A stretch of 64,000 nucleotides of DNA from assembly GCA_963829545.1 (NCBI GenBank), contig CAWHIX010000012.1:20915-84914 (forward strand), written 5' to 3'. The notes beneath the pieces were generated by a model, which was given only the letters and a program-made list of their open reading frames with translations, made no database searches and was not told the origin of the DNA. This document shows, piece by piece, positions 44,720 through 54,682 of the stretch. The position numbers and the translations under genes are program-made. The stretch comes from an uncultured Actinomycetes bacterium (GTDB lineage: Bacteria > Actinomycetota > Thermoleophilia > RBG-16-64-13). Within the stretch, counting starts at the first letter, position 1; every line of letters begins with the position of its first letter.

Positions 44720-45805
44720 ATGACCAAGCGCTCACGATTCGTGGTTCTGGTCTTGTGCATCTCAATCGCGGTCATTGGACTGGCTTCCTTCGCCGGCTGC
44801 GGCGCTTCTACCACTGCCGTCAGCGAGGCGGTGACCACGACCACAGTCGCAGCGGACACCACGACTACGGTCGCACAAACGCAGACGACGACCGCGCAGA
44901 CCACGACCACAGTCGGCGTTGCACCCTCCGGCCAGGGTCCACAGGGAGGCATGAGCGGCGCCGACACCAGTTCGATCACGACCAAGTACCTGGATATTCC
45001 TTATGCGGATGCCTCGTCGGCCCAGAAGCTCGACATCTATCTGCCCAATACCGGCACCGGCCCGTTCCCCGTCATCGTCTCCATTCATGGTGGCGCGTTC
45101 CTCATGGGCGACAAGGCCGACGGCCAGGTGACCCCCATGCTGGCGGGTCTTGACCGGGGCTATGCCGTGGTATCCATCAACTACCGACTCAGCCAAGAGG
45201 CGAAGTTCCCGGCGCAGGTCAACGACGCCAAGGCCGCGATCCGCTTCATCCGCGCCAACGCCGCCGAGTACAACCTGGATCCCGACAAGATCGCAGCGTG
45301 GGGCGGCTCGGCGGGTGGCTACCTTGCCACGATGCTGGGTACTTCCGGGGGGGTCGCAGCCCTCGAAGACATGAAGCAGGGCAACTCCGACCAGTCGAGT
45401 TCGGTCCAAGCGGTGGTCGACTGGTTCGGCCCCATCAGCTTCTTGGATATGGATCCGCAGTTCACGGCGAGTGGGCTCGGCCCCGCCAACCATAACGCGG
45501 CCGACTCGCCCGAGTCACAACTGCTGGGCAGCGCTCTGCCCGACGTGCCGGAATTGGTGGAAGCGGCCGACCCCGAGACATACATCACGGCCGATGACCC
45601 GCCCTTCTTCCTTGAGCACGGCACCCAGGACGCCAACGTGCCGACCGAGCAGTCCGTCAATCTTGCAGACGCACTCACCAATGTGCTCGGGGCCGACAAG
45701 GTGATACTGAGACTACTCGAGGGCGCGGGCCATGCCGACGCTCAGTTCACAACGACTGAGAACGTCACCCTGGTGCTCGACTGGCTTGATGCGCACCTGA
45801 AGTAG
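44720..45805 (+). CDS. Secreted alpha/beta-hydrolase (esterase/lipase) lipoprotein
   Basis: AGGAGG ribosome-binding site, lipobox FAGCGAS, Thr-rich linker, oxyanion VSIHGGAF, nucleophile elbow GGSAGG. Intact. Confidence 0.8.
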   Translation: MTKRSRFVVLVLCISIAVIGLASFAGCGASTTAVSEAVTTTTVAADTTTTVAQTQTTTAQTTTTVGVAPSGQGPQGGMSGADTSSITTKYLDIPYADASSAQKLDIYLPNTGTGPFPVIVSIHGGAFLMGDKADGQVTPMLAGLDRGYAVVSINYRLSQEAKFPAQVNDAKAAIRFIRANAAEYNLDPDKIAAWGGSAGGYLATMLGTSGGVAALEDMKQGNSDQSSSVQAVVDWFGPISFLDMDPQFTASGLGPANHNAADSPESQLLGSALPDVPELVEAADPETYITADDPPFFLEHGTQDANVPTEQSVNLADALTNVLGADKVILRLLEGAGHADAQFTTTENVTLVLDWLDAHLK

Positions 45806-45875
45806 CACCCGAGGTCCGGGCCTGCGACGCAGAGCTATGCTGACCTATCTCTCTATTGATCCGGACCCAGCCCGA

Positions 45876-47135
45876 TCATCTGCCGGCGCTCGTTACCGTC
45901 TCGGCACTGCCCGCTTCTTGTCTGGTTTGGCGTTGGCTCCCGTGGTCTGTGGGGAGTGGGGCGCGGACGACCTGCGTTCTGGCGATGTGGTCAAGCCAGC
46001 CAAGTCTGCGATTGTCGACCAGCACCCAAAGGAAACCTACAAACATGAAAGCGGTCGAGACCAGATAGCCGATGTATCGCAGCACAGCTCGTGGAAATGA
46101 GACCCGCCCCTCCTGGAGCGTGACCACTTTGAGACCCATCAGGCCCATGCCGATCGTGCGGCCGAGCACCGCCCAACAGAAGACGAAGTAGACCAAGAAC
46201 ATCAGGCCGCCAAGCCCCGCTGGAAGGGCCGGAAGGTACTGACCCAGAATCCCCGGGCGAAGCGCCTGGAGCGTGGCGGAGATCAGGTACCCGCCGGCAG
46301 CCGCGGCGCAGGTCACTATCACAGCGTCCAGAAGAAGAGCCGCCGCCCTGGAGACGAACCCGGCCGGCGCGGTGCACGCCGGAAGCACGACGGCCGAGAC
46401 GTCGACGGCGGCAACATCACCCGGCGCTGACACGCCAGTACTCACTTCGGGTCGCGGTGTTCCCCGTCTGAAGACCCGGCGGGCTCCCCGCTCGACGAGA
46501 CCGTCGGCATTCGCGCACCAAAGGCGCACCCCGTCAAGGAAATCCTCGAGCAGAGTGCTGCTCTCCTGACGGATCATCCGATGGATCTCTGGGCTTTCCG
46601 CCAAACGCTCTATCGCGAGCGCCACCACGTCGTCCACGATATCGACCGCGGCATCCCGAAAAGCGGCTTCCGCGGTCGCGGCGAGCCGCCGCTCTTCCGC
46701 CAGACCGACCGCCGCGAGGCGGTCGAGTTCCGCTTGCCCTCTCGCCTCCATCCTTGCGGCTTCGCGGGAAACGGTCCGCGTTATGCGACGGGTTCCCGGG
46801 AGGCCGGATCCGGCGACCAGGTCAGCCAGCTCCCGGATGGTCTGCTCAGCGGTATTCGCACCACGCGCGGCCTGTTTTTCGGATTCCAGAAGAAGCCCCG
46901 CGAGGCTAGGAGCTATCGGGATGATAGGACGTTCGGATCGGGGCATCGAGGACCGGCTCGTCGCCGTGGTTTCGCCCGCTCCTTCGGCTTGGGCTCGCGG
47001 GCTCCCGGTCGTGATCTCCGCTTGGGATACGGCTCTCGCGACGGACGAAAGGCCCAGGAGTAGTCCCCCGAGAAGGAGCCTGAGAGGCGGCATTCTGCTC
47101 GAGGTCTGCCCCGGTAGCCCTGGCTCTTCCTCCAC
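45876..47135 (-). CDS. RDD-family membrane protein with about 230-aa N-terminal helical extension
   Basis: C-terminal RDD domain (RAVLRYIGYLVS...LWVLVDNRRLGWLDHIARTQVV) with TM helices. N-terminal region is Ala/Glu/Arg-rich and helical. Confidence 0.55.
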   Translation of the reverse strand: MEEEPGLPGQTSSRMPPLRLLLGGLLLGLSSVARAVSQAEITTGSPRAQAEGAGETTATSRSSMPRSERPIIPIAPSLAGLLLESEKQAARGANTAEQTIRELADLVAGSGLPGTRRITRTVSREAARMEARGQAELDRLAAVGLAEERRLAATAEAAFRDAAVDIVDDVVALAIERLAESPEIHRMIRQESSTLLEDFLDGVRLWCANADGLVERGARRVFRRGTPRPEVSTGVSAPGDVAAVDVSAVVLPACTAPAGFVSRAAALLLDAVIVTCAAAAGGYLISATLQALRPGILGQYLPALPAGLGGLMFLVYFVFCWAVLGRTIGMGLMGLKVVTLQEGRVSFPRAVLRYIGYLVSTAFMFVGFLWVLVDNRRLGWLDHIARTQVVRAPLPTDHGSQRQTRQEAGSAETVTSAGR

Positions 47136-47449
47136 CTTCTGCTACCTCCGGTCGTATGGGTCGCGAACGAGAGCAACCACTAACAGTCTCTCAGGGTGGT
47201 GGCCAGAGAACAAGCAGGGACTTCTTGCCCTTGAGCACCACGCGCAAAGCTCTGCAGTCGATAGAAATGAGTGCCGCGGGGGCATGAAGCGAGTGGTATG
47301 TTTTGCCGGACACGTCGCCGCGGCAGCAAGCTGAAGAGGTTCGACGGGAAAGCCTGCAACGCCGGCAACCCTGCAAACAATAGGCCGCGCGACAGACAAG
47401 GGGCAGTCTCGCCCGGAGCGGAAATAGCGCATACGTTCAGAGGTGTCAC

Positions 47450-48901
47450 ATGAGGACCCGCATTGAGAGAAGAGCCGCGGCCCGTTACCGTTGGGATCAT
47501 ATGAAGGTGAGCTTCTGGTTCGCCCCCGTGATCATGGCCATCGCGGCGGTTCTTCTAGCGTGGTTGATGTACTGGGTGGACAGTCTCGTCCCCAATGCGG
47601 CCTTAGAGGACAGCCGTTTCGTCTTGGCCGGGACTCCAGGTGAAATGCGCAGTGCTCTTCTGAGCATGGCCGGCACCGTCCTCGCAACCGCCGGGGTGGT
47701 CTTTACCCTGCTCACCTTGCCGCTATCGACGGTGGCATCCCAATACGGCTCCCGTTTGCTCCGGGTCTTCCTGGCCGATCGCACCACGCAGTTCGTCCTG
47801 GGTGCGTTTGTGGGTACGTTCGTGTATTGCCTCGCTGCTGCGCTGTCCATCCCTCCACTCAGCTCAGGAGAGGAAGCGCCTCAATTGAATGCCACTGTTG
47901 CCGTGTACTTGATGGTGGCGACCTTTGGGACGCTGATCTTGCTGGTCCAGCACATCAGCACCATGCTGCAGGCCCCGAATATCGCGGCCGCTGCGGGTGC
48001 GGAGCTGCTTGATGTCGTTAGGGCGAGCGCGGAAGAAGTCACGGGCGGTGATGGCAATGATGGCGGGTTTCAGACCGAGCCGACCCCCGGCTCACAGGGC
48101 ATCCCGGCAATGCAGACTGAGGCAAGGGGCTACCCTGTCCGTGCAAGAAGCGCTGGATACATCCAGTACGTCGATCCCCAGATCGTGCTGACCTTGGCCC
48201 GCAAGGAGAACCTGGTCATCCACCTGCTGCGCAGACCGGGCCACTATGTCCAGTCCGGTGCGGTCGTCGCTCTGCTCTGGCCCGCCGCGCGGGTCGATGA
48301 GCACCTTGAAACGCTGTTTCGCCGCGCCGTCCAAGTCGGCAACGGACGCACCCCCAGCCAAGATGTCGAGTACGCGGTCAACCAACTCACTGAAATGGCT
48401 GTGCGGGCCATGTCCCCGGCGATCAACGACCCCTTCACGGCCATGACCTGCCTGGATCATATCGGTGATGGCCTGGTGGCGTTCGTTCGGCAGGGAGGCA
48501 ACAGTTCCCATTACTACGACCGGGATGGCCGGCTGCTCCTTATCCTTGAGCCGGTCACCTTTGCCGATTTGCTCAGTGCCGCCTTCGATATGCTTCGCCA
48601 TGCCAGCTGCAACAACGCCAGCGTTCTGCTGCACATGCTGGAAGTGATCGAGGTGATCGGCCACGAGGTGAAAGCGCGGGAGACGCGCGATCAACTGCTG
48701 CTTCACGTCAGCCGGATCCAGGCGGAATGCCAGGTTGGCGACTTGATCGAGGCGGACCGGCAGTCCATTCACCGGAGCGCAGAGTGCTTGCGGACAAGAA
48801 TTGAGTGGACGAACCGTGAGGATCACCACGACTCGCCCAAGAAGCGTGAAGACCCGGCCACCTGGGCCGGTTGTCAACACATCATGGCTGGAGTGACCTA
48901 G
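47450..48901 (+). CDS. DUF2254-family predicted membrane protein
   Basis: Intact 483 aa: N-terminal TM helices, VASQYGSRLL motif, large C-terminal soluble domain. Noticeably lower GC than its surroundings. Confidence 0.6.
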   Translation: MRTRIERRAAARYRWDHMKVSFWFAPVIMAIAAVLLAWLMYWVDSLVPNAALEDSRFVLAGTPGEMRSALLSMAGTVLATAGVVFTLLTLPLSTVASQYGSRLLRVFLADRTTQFVLGAFVGTFVYCLAAALSIPPLSSGEEAPQLNATVAVYLMVATFGTLILLVQHISTMLQAPNIAAAAGAELLDVVRASAEEVTGGDGNDGGFQTEPTPGSQGIPAMQTEARGYPVRARSAGYIQYVDPQIVLTLARKENLVIHLLRRPGHYVQSGAVVALLWPAARVDEHLETLFRRAVQVGNGRTPSQDVEYAVNQLTEMAVRAMSPAINDPFTAMTCLDHIGDGLVAFVRQGGNSSHYYDRDGRLLLILEPVTFADLLSAAFDMLRHASCNNASVLLHMLEVIEVIGHEVKARETRDQLLLHVSRIQAECQVGDLIEADRQSIHRSAECLRTRIEWTNREDHHDSPKKREDPATWAGCQHIMAGVT

Positions 48902-49104
48902 GCTCTGGTCCCGGTCCCCGGCTCGCTCCCTGGGGGCGCCGGGAGCCCAACGTGATAAAGTGACTACAAAGAAGACATTCACGCGTGGCCTACCTTCCCC
49001 GCGGGCACTCCCGCCACTCCAATCCTGGATCGCCACGAATCCGCGAGTATCTCCGCCACGTGCGCTGTGCCCCATCTACGTTGCCATGAGAAGGGAGGCC
49101 GCGA

Positions 49105-49377
49105 ATGAGCAGCAAGAAGGAGGTGCGCTACGTCGTCTCCCGTCTCAAGGACCCGGATGATCTCCAAGGGGAACGAGATCCGATCGACTGGCACCCCTAT
49201 CTCGATCTGGCCAAGAAGCACGCCGATCGCTTGGGTCCAGGCACCTGCGTCGACGCCGAAGGGGGAACCTACCACACCGACGGTCCCTACCGGCGACGGG
49301 AGCGATGGCAGGTGGAATGGACCAATCGCAACCTCTACTTGGGCCGGCGGAAGACGGTCCCGGTGACCGAAGTCTAG
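49105..49377 (+). CDS. Hypothetical small protein (90 aa)
   Basis: ORF only. Convergent with the radical-SAM gene and overlaps it by 4 nt. No recognisable domain. Confidence 0.3.
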   Translation: MSSKKEVRYVVSRLKDPDDLQGERDPIDWHPYLDLAKKHADRLGPGTCVDAEGGTYHTDGPYRRRERWQVEWTNRNLYLGRRKTVPVTEV

Positions 49378-50873
49378 GACTGCCGGAAGAGCCAGGCCAC
49401 CGGCATCTTGAGTGCGGCTGCGAATCCGCGGAGCAACTGCATCCCGCTCTCCCACATTCCCAGCGCATCCAGAGGGGGGTGCTCTTCCAGCGGCCCCAGC
49501 TTGTCTGAGCCGGCTCCTTCATGCCACAGCACCTGGTGGACGCGTGTGAATCGCCGTGAGTTCTTGCGCGAGGTGAGATTGCTCAACAGTCCCAGCAATG
49601 GGTTGCGCCCGGCCAGGAGGTTGTGGCCGAGTCGATCAAGGATGTTCGAGGCCGAGTAGAAGGTGCCGTTGCACTCGGTCATCTCTTGGATGATCAGCTC
49701 CCGGCTCAGGTGTTTGTATCGCGCTACCGGGAAGTTGAGCGTGTAGTACTTCCAGTCTCCTGGGAAGGCGTTCAAGGCGATCCTTCCCTCCGCCTCGAAC
49801 TGCTTCCACAGACGGGTCCCGGGAAGCGGGGTGAGGAAGAGCACGTTGATGTTGTCCACCCCGTAGTGTCCGGCCGTCTCGGCGATCAGCCTGCCCACTC
49901 CGGGGCGGTCGGAGTCCAGTCCCATGATGAACGACCCTACCACGAGTATCCCGTGGCGGCGGATGCGCTCCACCGAGGCGGGGATGTCGCGTTCTGACAG
50001 CATGGCCGACTTCTTGCCCAGCTCGGGAAGGCCCTCGGGCGCGACCGATTCAAAGCCGATGAACAGGCCCACGCAGCCCGCCTTCGCGGCCAGGGTGAGC
50101 AGCTCCTCGTCATCGGCGAAGTTGACGGTGGTCTGGCCGATCCAGGACTTGCCCGTATTCGCCTCGGCCAACGCGCGGAAGAGTTCCTTGGCGCGCTCGA
50201 TATGCTGAGGCTTGCGACCGATGAGATTGTCGTCCACGATGAGCACCCGCCGTTCGGGAACGGACTTGAATTCCTCGACCACCTCGGAGATCGGCCGCTG
50301 GCGATAGCGGGCCCCGTTGAACTCGGTGACGCTGCAGAAGCTGCAGTTGAGCGAGCAGCCACGAGTGGTCTGGATGGAGCCGAAGCCGTATCCCTTGGGG
50401 AGGAGTTCATGACGCGCAGGGACGATCTGGTCCATGGTCGCCCGGCCACCCTCATATCGGGCCTTCAGGCACCCCGTGCGCACGTCCTCGAGCACGTCGG
50501 CCCAGACTGCCTCCGCTTCACCAGTCACGACCGAGTCCACGTGGCGGCTCGCCTCGTCGAGGCACATGGTCGCATGTATGCCGCCCATGACCACGGGTAC
50601 TCCGCGGGCTCGAAACCCCGCGGCGATCTCGTAGGCCCGGGGCGCCTGGGACGTGAAGGCTGTGATGCCCACAACATCGGGACGCGGCAAGGCCTCGTAG
50701 TCGATGGGAGCCAGGTTCTCGTCGAGTACGGAGATGTCCCAGCCGGGCGGGGTCAGTCCGGCGAGCGCCAGCAGACTGAGCGGCTTCCACAGTCGGAAGC
50801 GGTTCAAATAGCTGCGCCGGTTCAGCGACATGCTGACGAGCTGATTGGCGGGGTTTACCAGGTAGAGAAGCAT
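49374..50873 (-). CDS. B12-binding-domain radical SAM protein
   Basis: Intact 499 aa: N-terminal cobalamin-binding-like domain (GITAFTSQAPRAYE...VVMGGIHAT), then CSLNCSFC. Confidence 0.8.
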   Translation of the reverse strand: MLLYLVNPANQLVSMSLNRRSYLNRFRLWKPLSLLALAGLTPPGWDISVLDENLAPIDYEALPRPDVVGITAFTSQAPRAYEIAAGFRARGVPVVMGGIHATMCLDEASRHVDSVVTGEAEAVWADVLEDVRTGCLKARYEGGRATMDQIVPARHELLPKGYGFGSIQTTRGCSLNCSFCSVTEFNGARYRQRPISEVVEEFKSVPERRVLIVDDNLIGRKPQHIERAKELFRALAEANTGKSWIGQTTVNFADDEELLTLAAKAGCVGLFIGFESVAPEGLPELGKKSAMLSERDIPASVERIRRHGILVVGSFIMGLDSDRPGVGRLIAETAGHYGVDNINVLFLTPLPGTRLWKQFEAEGRIALNAFPGDWKYYTLNFPVARYKHLSRELIIQEMTECNGTFYSASNILDRLGHNLLAGRNPLLGLLSNLTSRKNSRRFTRVHQVLWHEGAGSDKLGPLEEHPPLDALGMWESGMQLLRGFAAALKMPVAWLFRQS

Positions 50874-50982
50874 GGTGGCTCCGGGGCGAACGTCGTGGGC
50901 AGTTATGAGGATAGCATCTCCCGAGAGACAGAAACGCCGGCCCGAAGGCCGGCGTTTCCTCAGTGCGCTTGTGACGCGACTC

Positions 50983-51318
50983 TTACCAGCGGTTTCCGCC
51001 GCCGCCGTAGCCGCCGCCGCCGTAGCCGCCGCCGCCCGAACGAGGAGCGCGAGGCGCCTGTTCCTTGGCTACGTCTACTTTGAGGGCACGGCCGTCGAGC
51101 TGGGTGCCGTCGAGAGCACCTTTGGCCGTCTGAGCTTCCTCAGGCGTGCCCATCTCCACGAAGCCGAAGCCCTTGGGGCGTCCGGAATCACGGTCGGTGA
51201 TCAGGTTGACCGAGGTCACTTCGCCGTGAGCCTCAAAAGCGGTCCTGATGCTGGCTTCGGACGTCTCATAACTGAGATTGCCCACGTACAGTTTTGCTGA
51301 ATTCACTACAGCCTCCAT
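50983..51318 (-). CDS. RRM-type RNA-binding protein with glycine-rich GGYGGGGYGGGG tail
   Basis: RNP2 KLYVGNL and RNP1 KGFGFVEM motifs. Intact. Confidence 0.85.
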   Translation of the reverse strand: MEAVVNSAKLYVGNLSYETSEASIRTAFEAHGEVTSVNLITDRDSGRPKGFGFVEMGTPEEAQTAKGALDGTQLDGRALKVDVAKEQAPRAPRSGGGGYGGGGYGGGGNRW

Positions 51319-51894
51319 GAACGGAGTTACATTGCGACAAACGAGAGGGAAAGACTGGAGACTGAGCGAAGAGATTGAGAGGCTCGGCGCTGTGCCTGAA
51401 GCAGATTCCTAACGAGTGCTTGTCGGCATTATAGCACAGGGTCGGCTTGTCAAGCCCAATCGGGGGGTACCGGTGGACGCGCGCCGCGCCCGGCCGGCCA
51501 GGCGGAAGTGAGACGCCACGCGGGGGGGTTCCTCCGGATGCGAGTATAGTGAGACAGGTGCCCTGAGAGTTCAGCCCCTATGTGAGAAACCCACAAGCCG
51601 ACCTATCGCGGAAACGCTGAGACAGAAGGATCACCATGAGAATCGAAGTCAGAGAGGCAAACACCTCCACTCCTGAGCGCCCGCTATGGGTATGGAACGT
51701 CTTCTGGGGAAACCGAGAAGTGGGGAAAGGCTTCAGCCCGAGCGAGAAGGAAGCCAATAACCAAGCTAAGCTGGCGGTCTCGCGGCCGCCTCGCCATTAT
51801 TAGCGGCCCGCGGAGTAGCGGCCCGCAACGTAGTAGCCGGCAAGGCGGAGAGGGTGCAGAAGCCCTCGCCTGAGGACACGCGGAAGCGGGAGAA

Positions 51895-52836
51895 ATGACC
51901 GGGATGGAGTACCCCGCCACGACTGGACAGGCGGGCCCGGGGAGCCCGGTCGGTATCGCCCTCGTTACCGATTCGACCTGCGACCTGCCCGAAGCGGACA
52001 AGCTCAGATACGGCACGACCGCGGTGCCCCTCCACGTCTCGCTGGGCGAGGTCGACTATCTCGACCGCGTCGACCTGGATTCAGCGGGCTTCTATAGACG
52101 CTTCCGAGAGGCCGGCCAGATAGCGCGCTCGTCCCAGCCCAGCGTGGGCGAGTTCGACATGGTGTACAGGGCTCTCCTCGAAGAGCATGAAGCGGTGATC
52201 TCCGTCCATATCTCCGGCAAGCTCTCCGGAACGGTGCAGAGTGCCACCGTCGCAGCCGGGAGAGTCGACCCGGAACGCGTGCGCGTGGTCGACTCGCGGC
52301 AGGTCTCGGTCGGTCTGGGTCTGGTAGTGCAGGCGGCCGGGGAGGCCATCCTGGCCGGGGGCACCCTGGACCAGGTGGTCGCGGCCACCGAAGCCGCCGC
52401 CCTCAACACCAGGGTCTACGGTGCGCTGCCCTCACTCGACGTCGCGGTGAGAGGGGGGCGCTTGAGCGCCAGAACAGCCCGTTTGGCGGGGCTGATCGAG
52501 CTGAAGCCCCTCATCGTCTTCGACGAGGAGGGAGGAGTCCACGCCGACGGGGCTCGGCTCGGGTACTCGCGGGCCCTCCGTGCCGCAGCCGCCCGGGTGG
52601 CGCGATTTGCGGGGAACGAGCCCGTGCGCGTGGCCATCGTACACGCCGATGGTCTGGCCTCGGCTGAATACGCCAGGCGACGCCTTCAAACTCTCCTAGG
52701 CGAGGTCGATATCCCCATCCTGGAGGCGGGAGCGGTCATCACCGCCCATGTAGGCCTGGGAACCGTTGCCATAGCCGTGCAGCGCGTCAAACAGCCGCCA
52801 GCCGGTCAAGCCCCCTCGGCGACCAGCGTGTCGTGA
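51895..52836 (+). CDS. DegV-family (fatty-acid-binding) protein
   Basis: IALVTDSTCDLP start, EDD-fold pattern. Intact. Confidence 0.75.
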   Translation: MTGMEYPATTGQAGPGSPVGIALVTDSTCDLPEADKLRYGTTAVPLHVSLGEVDYLDRVDLDSAGFYRRFREAGQIARSSQPSVGEFDMVYRALLEEHEAVISVHISGKLSGTVQSATVAAGRVDPERVRVVDSRQVSVGLGLVVQAAGEAILAGGTLDQVVAATEAAALNTRVYGALPSLDVAVRGGRLSARTARLAGLIELKPLIVFDEEGGVHADGARLGYSRALRAAAARVARFAGNEPVRVAIVHADGLASAEYARRRLQTLLGEVDIPILEAGAVITAHVGLGTVAIAVQRVKQPPAGQAPSATSVS

Positions 52837-53867
52837 CCCTGGAGGACAGAGTCCTCTCCGCAGGACTCCCGCCCGACCCTGTCCTACGCCGCATGATCCG
52901 CTCCCGTGTGGAGGGCGTGCAGGAGCGCTTCGACCGCCTCAGCGAACGTGAGCAGACCGAACGAGAGGCGACCGTGCTGACTCGGTTCGAATCGGGACCC
53001 GTCACCGTTCACGCCGACACAGCCAACCAGCAGCACTACGAACTGCCTGCCCCTTTCTTCGAGTGGGTGCTGGGACCCCGCCTCAAGTACAGTTGCTGCT
53101 TCTGGGGCGACGGGAAGACCAGCCTGGCTCGGGCCGAGGAGGCTATGCTCGAACTCACCGCTGAGCGAGCCGGTCTGGCCGACGGGCAGGAGATCCTCGA
53201 TCTTGGATGCGGCTGGGGATCGTTGGCACTGTGGGCCGCCGAGCGCTACCCCACCGGCCGGGTGATGGCCGTAAGCAACTCCCGGGTCCAGAAGCAGTTC
53301 ATCGAGGCGCGGGCGGCGCGGTTGGGCCTCGCCAACATCGAGGTGGTGACTGCCGAAGTGGGGGAGTTCGAGCCCCGGGAGCGCTTCGACCGGGTGGTGT
53401 CGGTCGAGATGCTCGAGCACGTCCGCAATCACAAGGTCCTCATGGGGCGCCTGGCGACGTGGCTGAGGCCGGAGGGAAGACTGTTCGTGCACGTCTTCTG
53501 TCATCGCCGGCATCTGTACGCCTTCGATCCCGAGGACGGTGGATGGATGAGCAGGCACTTCTTCTCGGGAGGGGTGATGCCCTCCTGGGACTACCTCGTC
53601 CGATATCAGGACGGCCTCTCTCTTCTCGACCGCTGGAAGGTGGACGGCCGGCACTACGCCGCTACGCTGCGCACCTGGTTGGAGAATCTCGACCGGCACC
53701 GCGACCAGGTGATGCCCCTGCTGGAGGCCACCTACGGCCGTGATCGCGCGCGGCTCTGGCTGGCGCGCTGGCGGATCTTCTTCATGGCCTGCGAGGAGAC
53801 CTTCGCGCTGGATTCGGGCCAGGCCTACTTCGTCGGACACTACCTGTTTTCCAGGTCCGCTCAGTAG
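52833..53867 (+). CDS. Cyclopropane-fatty-acyl-phospholipid-synthase-like SAM-dependent methyltransferase
   Basis: HYELPAPFFEWVLGPRLKYSCCFW; SAM motif ILDLGCGWGSLALWAA; VVSVEMLEHV. Start overlaps the DegV stop. Confidence 0.75.
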   Translation: MTLEDRVLSAGLPPDPVLRRMIRSRVEGVQERFDRLSEREQTEREATVLTRFESGPVTVHADTANQQHYELPAPFFEWVLGPRLKYSCCFWGDGKTSLARAEEAMLELTAERAGLADGQEILDLGCGWGSLALWAAERYPTGRVMAVSNSRVQKQFIEARAARLGLANIEVVTAEVGEFEPRERFDRVVSVEMLEHVRNHKVLMGRLATWLRPEGRLFVHVFCHRRHLYAFDPEDGGWMSRHFFSGGVMPSWDYLVRYQDGLSLLDRWKVDGRHYAATLRTWLENLDRHRDQVMPLLEATYGRDRARLWLARWRIFFMACEETFALDSGQAYFVGHYLFSRSAQ

Positions 53868-53942
53868 GGGCAGCGACGCAGCGGCACGGGCGCGACCCCG
53901 GACAAGCGCGCCGGGGGAATCCACAGCCGCCGATCTCGCCGC

Positions 53943-54377
53943 CTAGCTGAGATTGGAACAGATGCCACAGACGGCGCAGGGTCCCAGCGGGCAGTCACCC
54001 GACCAGGGATCGGCGGACACCGCGTCGGTGGCGCCCGCGTCGGCGGCAACGGTGGCGACAGCGAGGCCCGGGGCTGTCGCCGAGACGTTTGGGTCGGGCT
54101 GGGAGAGGTCGCAGATATCGTCGCCGTTGGTGTCGACGTAGTCGTGGCATATCCCAGGGTAGGGATCGTTGCTCACACCCCTGCGGCAGCTGTCCCAGTT
54201 CGACGTGGACGAGACGGCCTGTGTCTTGGCGGCGGTCGTCGCCGTCACCTGGGCCGCGTCGGTAGCCGCCGATCCCCCGCTGCTGCCGCAGCCTGCGATG
54301 CCCATCGTGCTGCTGGTGAGAAACGCCGCGAGGGCCACCACCCCGATCCGCCTGCGCGCTTTGCTGTTCATGCTCAT
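53943..54377 (-). CDS. Cys-rich secreted lipoprotein (144 aa) with DxDxDG Ca-binding-like motif and C-terminal CPLGPCAVCGIC cluster
   Basis: Lipobox IAGCGSS, Ala/Thr linker, PGICHDYVDTNGDDICD, and the C-terminal Cys cluster. Confidence 0.5.
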   Translation of the reverse strand: MSMNSKARRRIGVVALAAFLTSSTMGIAGCGSSGGSAATDAAQVTATTAAKTQAVSSTSNWDSCRRGVSNDPYPGICHDYVDTNGDDICDLSQPDPNVSATAPGLAVATVAADAGATDAVSADPWSGDCPLGPCAVCGICSNLS

Positions 54378-54682
54378 TCTCCTTCTCCTTCAGGTGCGCG
54401 CCCGGCCCCGGTGGTCGGGGGCGGCGCGTCCTGCGGTCTGCATTTTCATGGCAGAGTAAAGCAACGGACGCCTAAGACCCGCGTAAGGACCCGTTCGCGG
54501 CCCGCACCGGTGAGCGTACGGAGGGCTGCCGGTGGGCGGTGGGCGGTCGCCGGTCGGCCCTCGCCGATGGGCGGGGTGGATGGGGGACGGGATGAGGGCT
54601 AGACTATCGACAGAGGGGCGTCGAGTCTGCCGCGGGCGCCCCGGTGACTGGTGTTCGGTGGACGAAGACGATGGGAGTCGGG

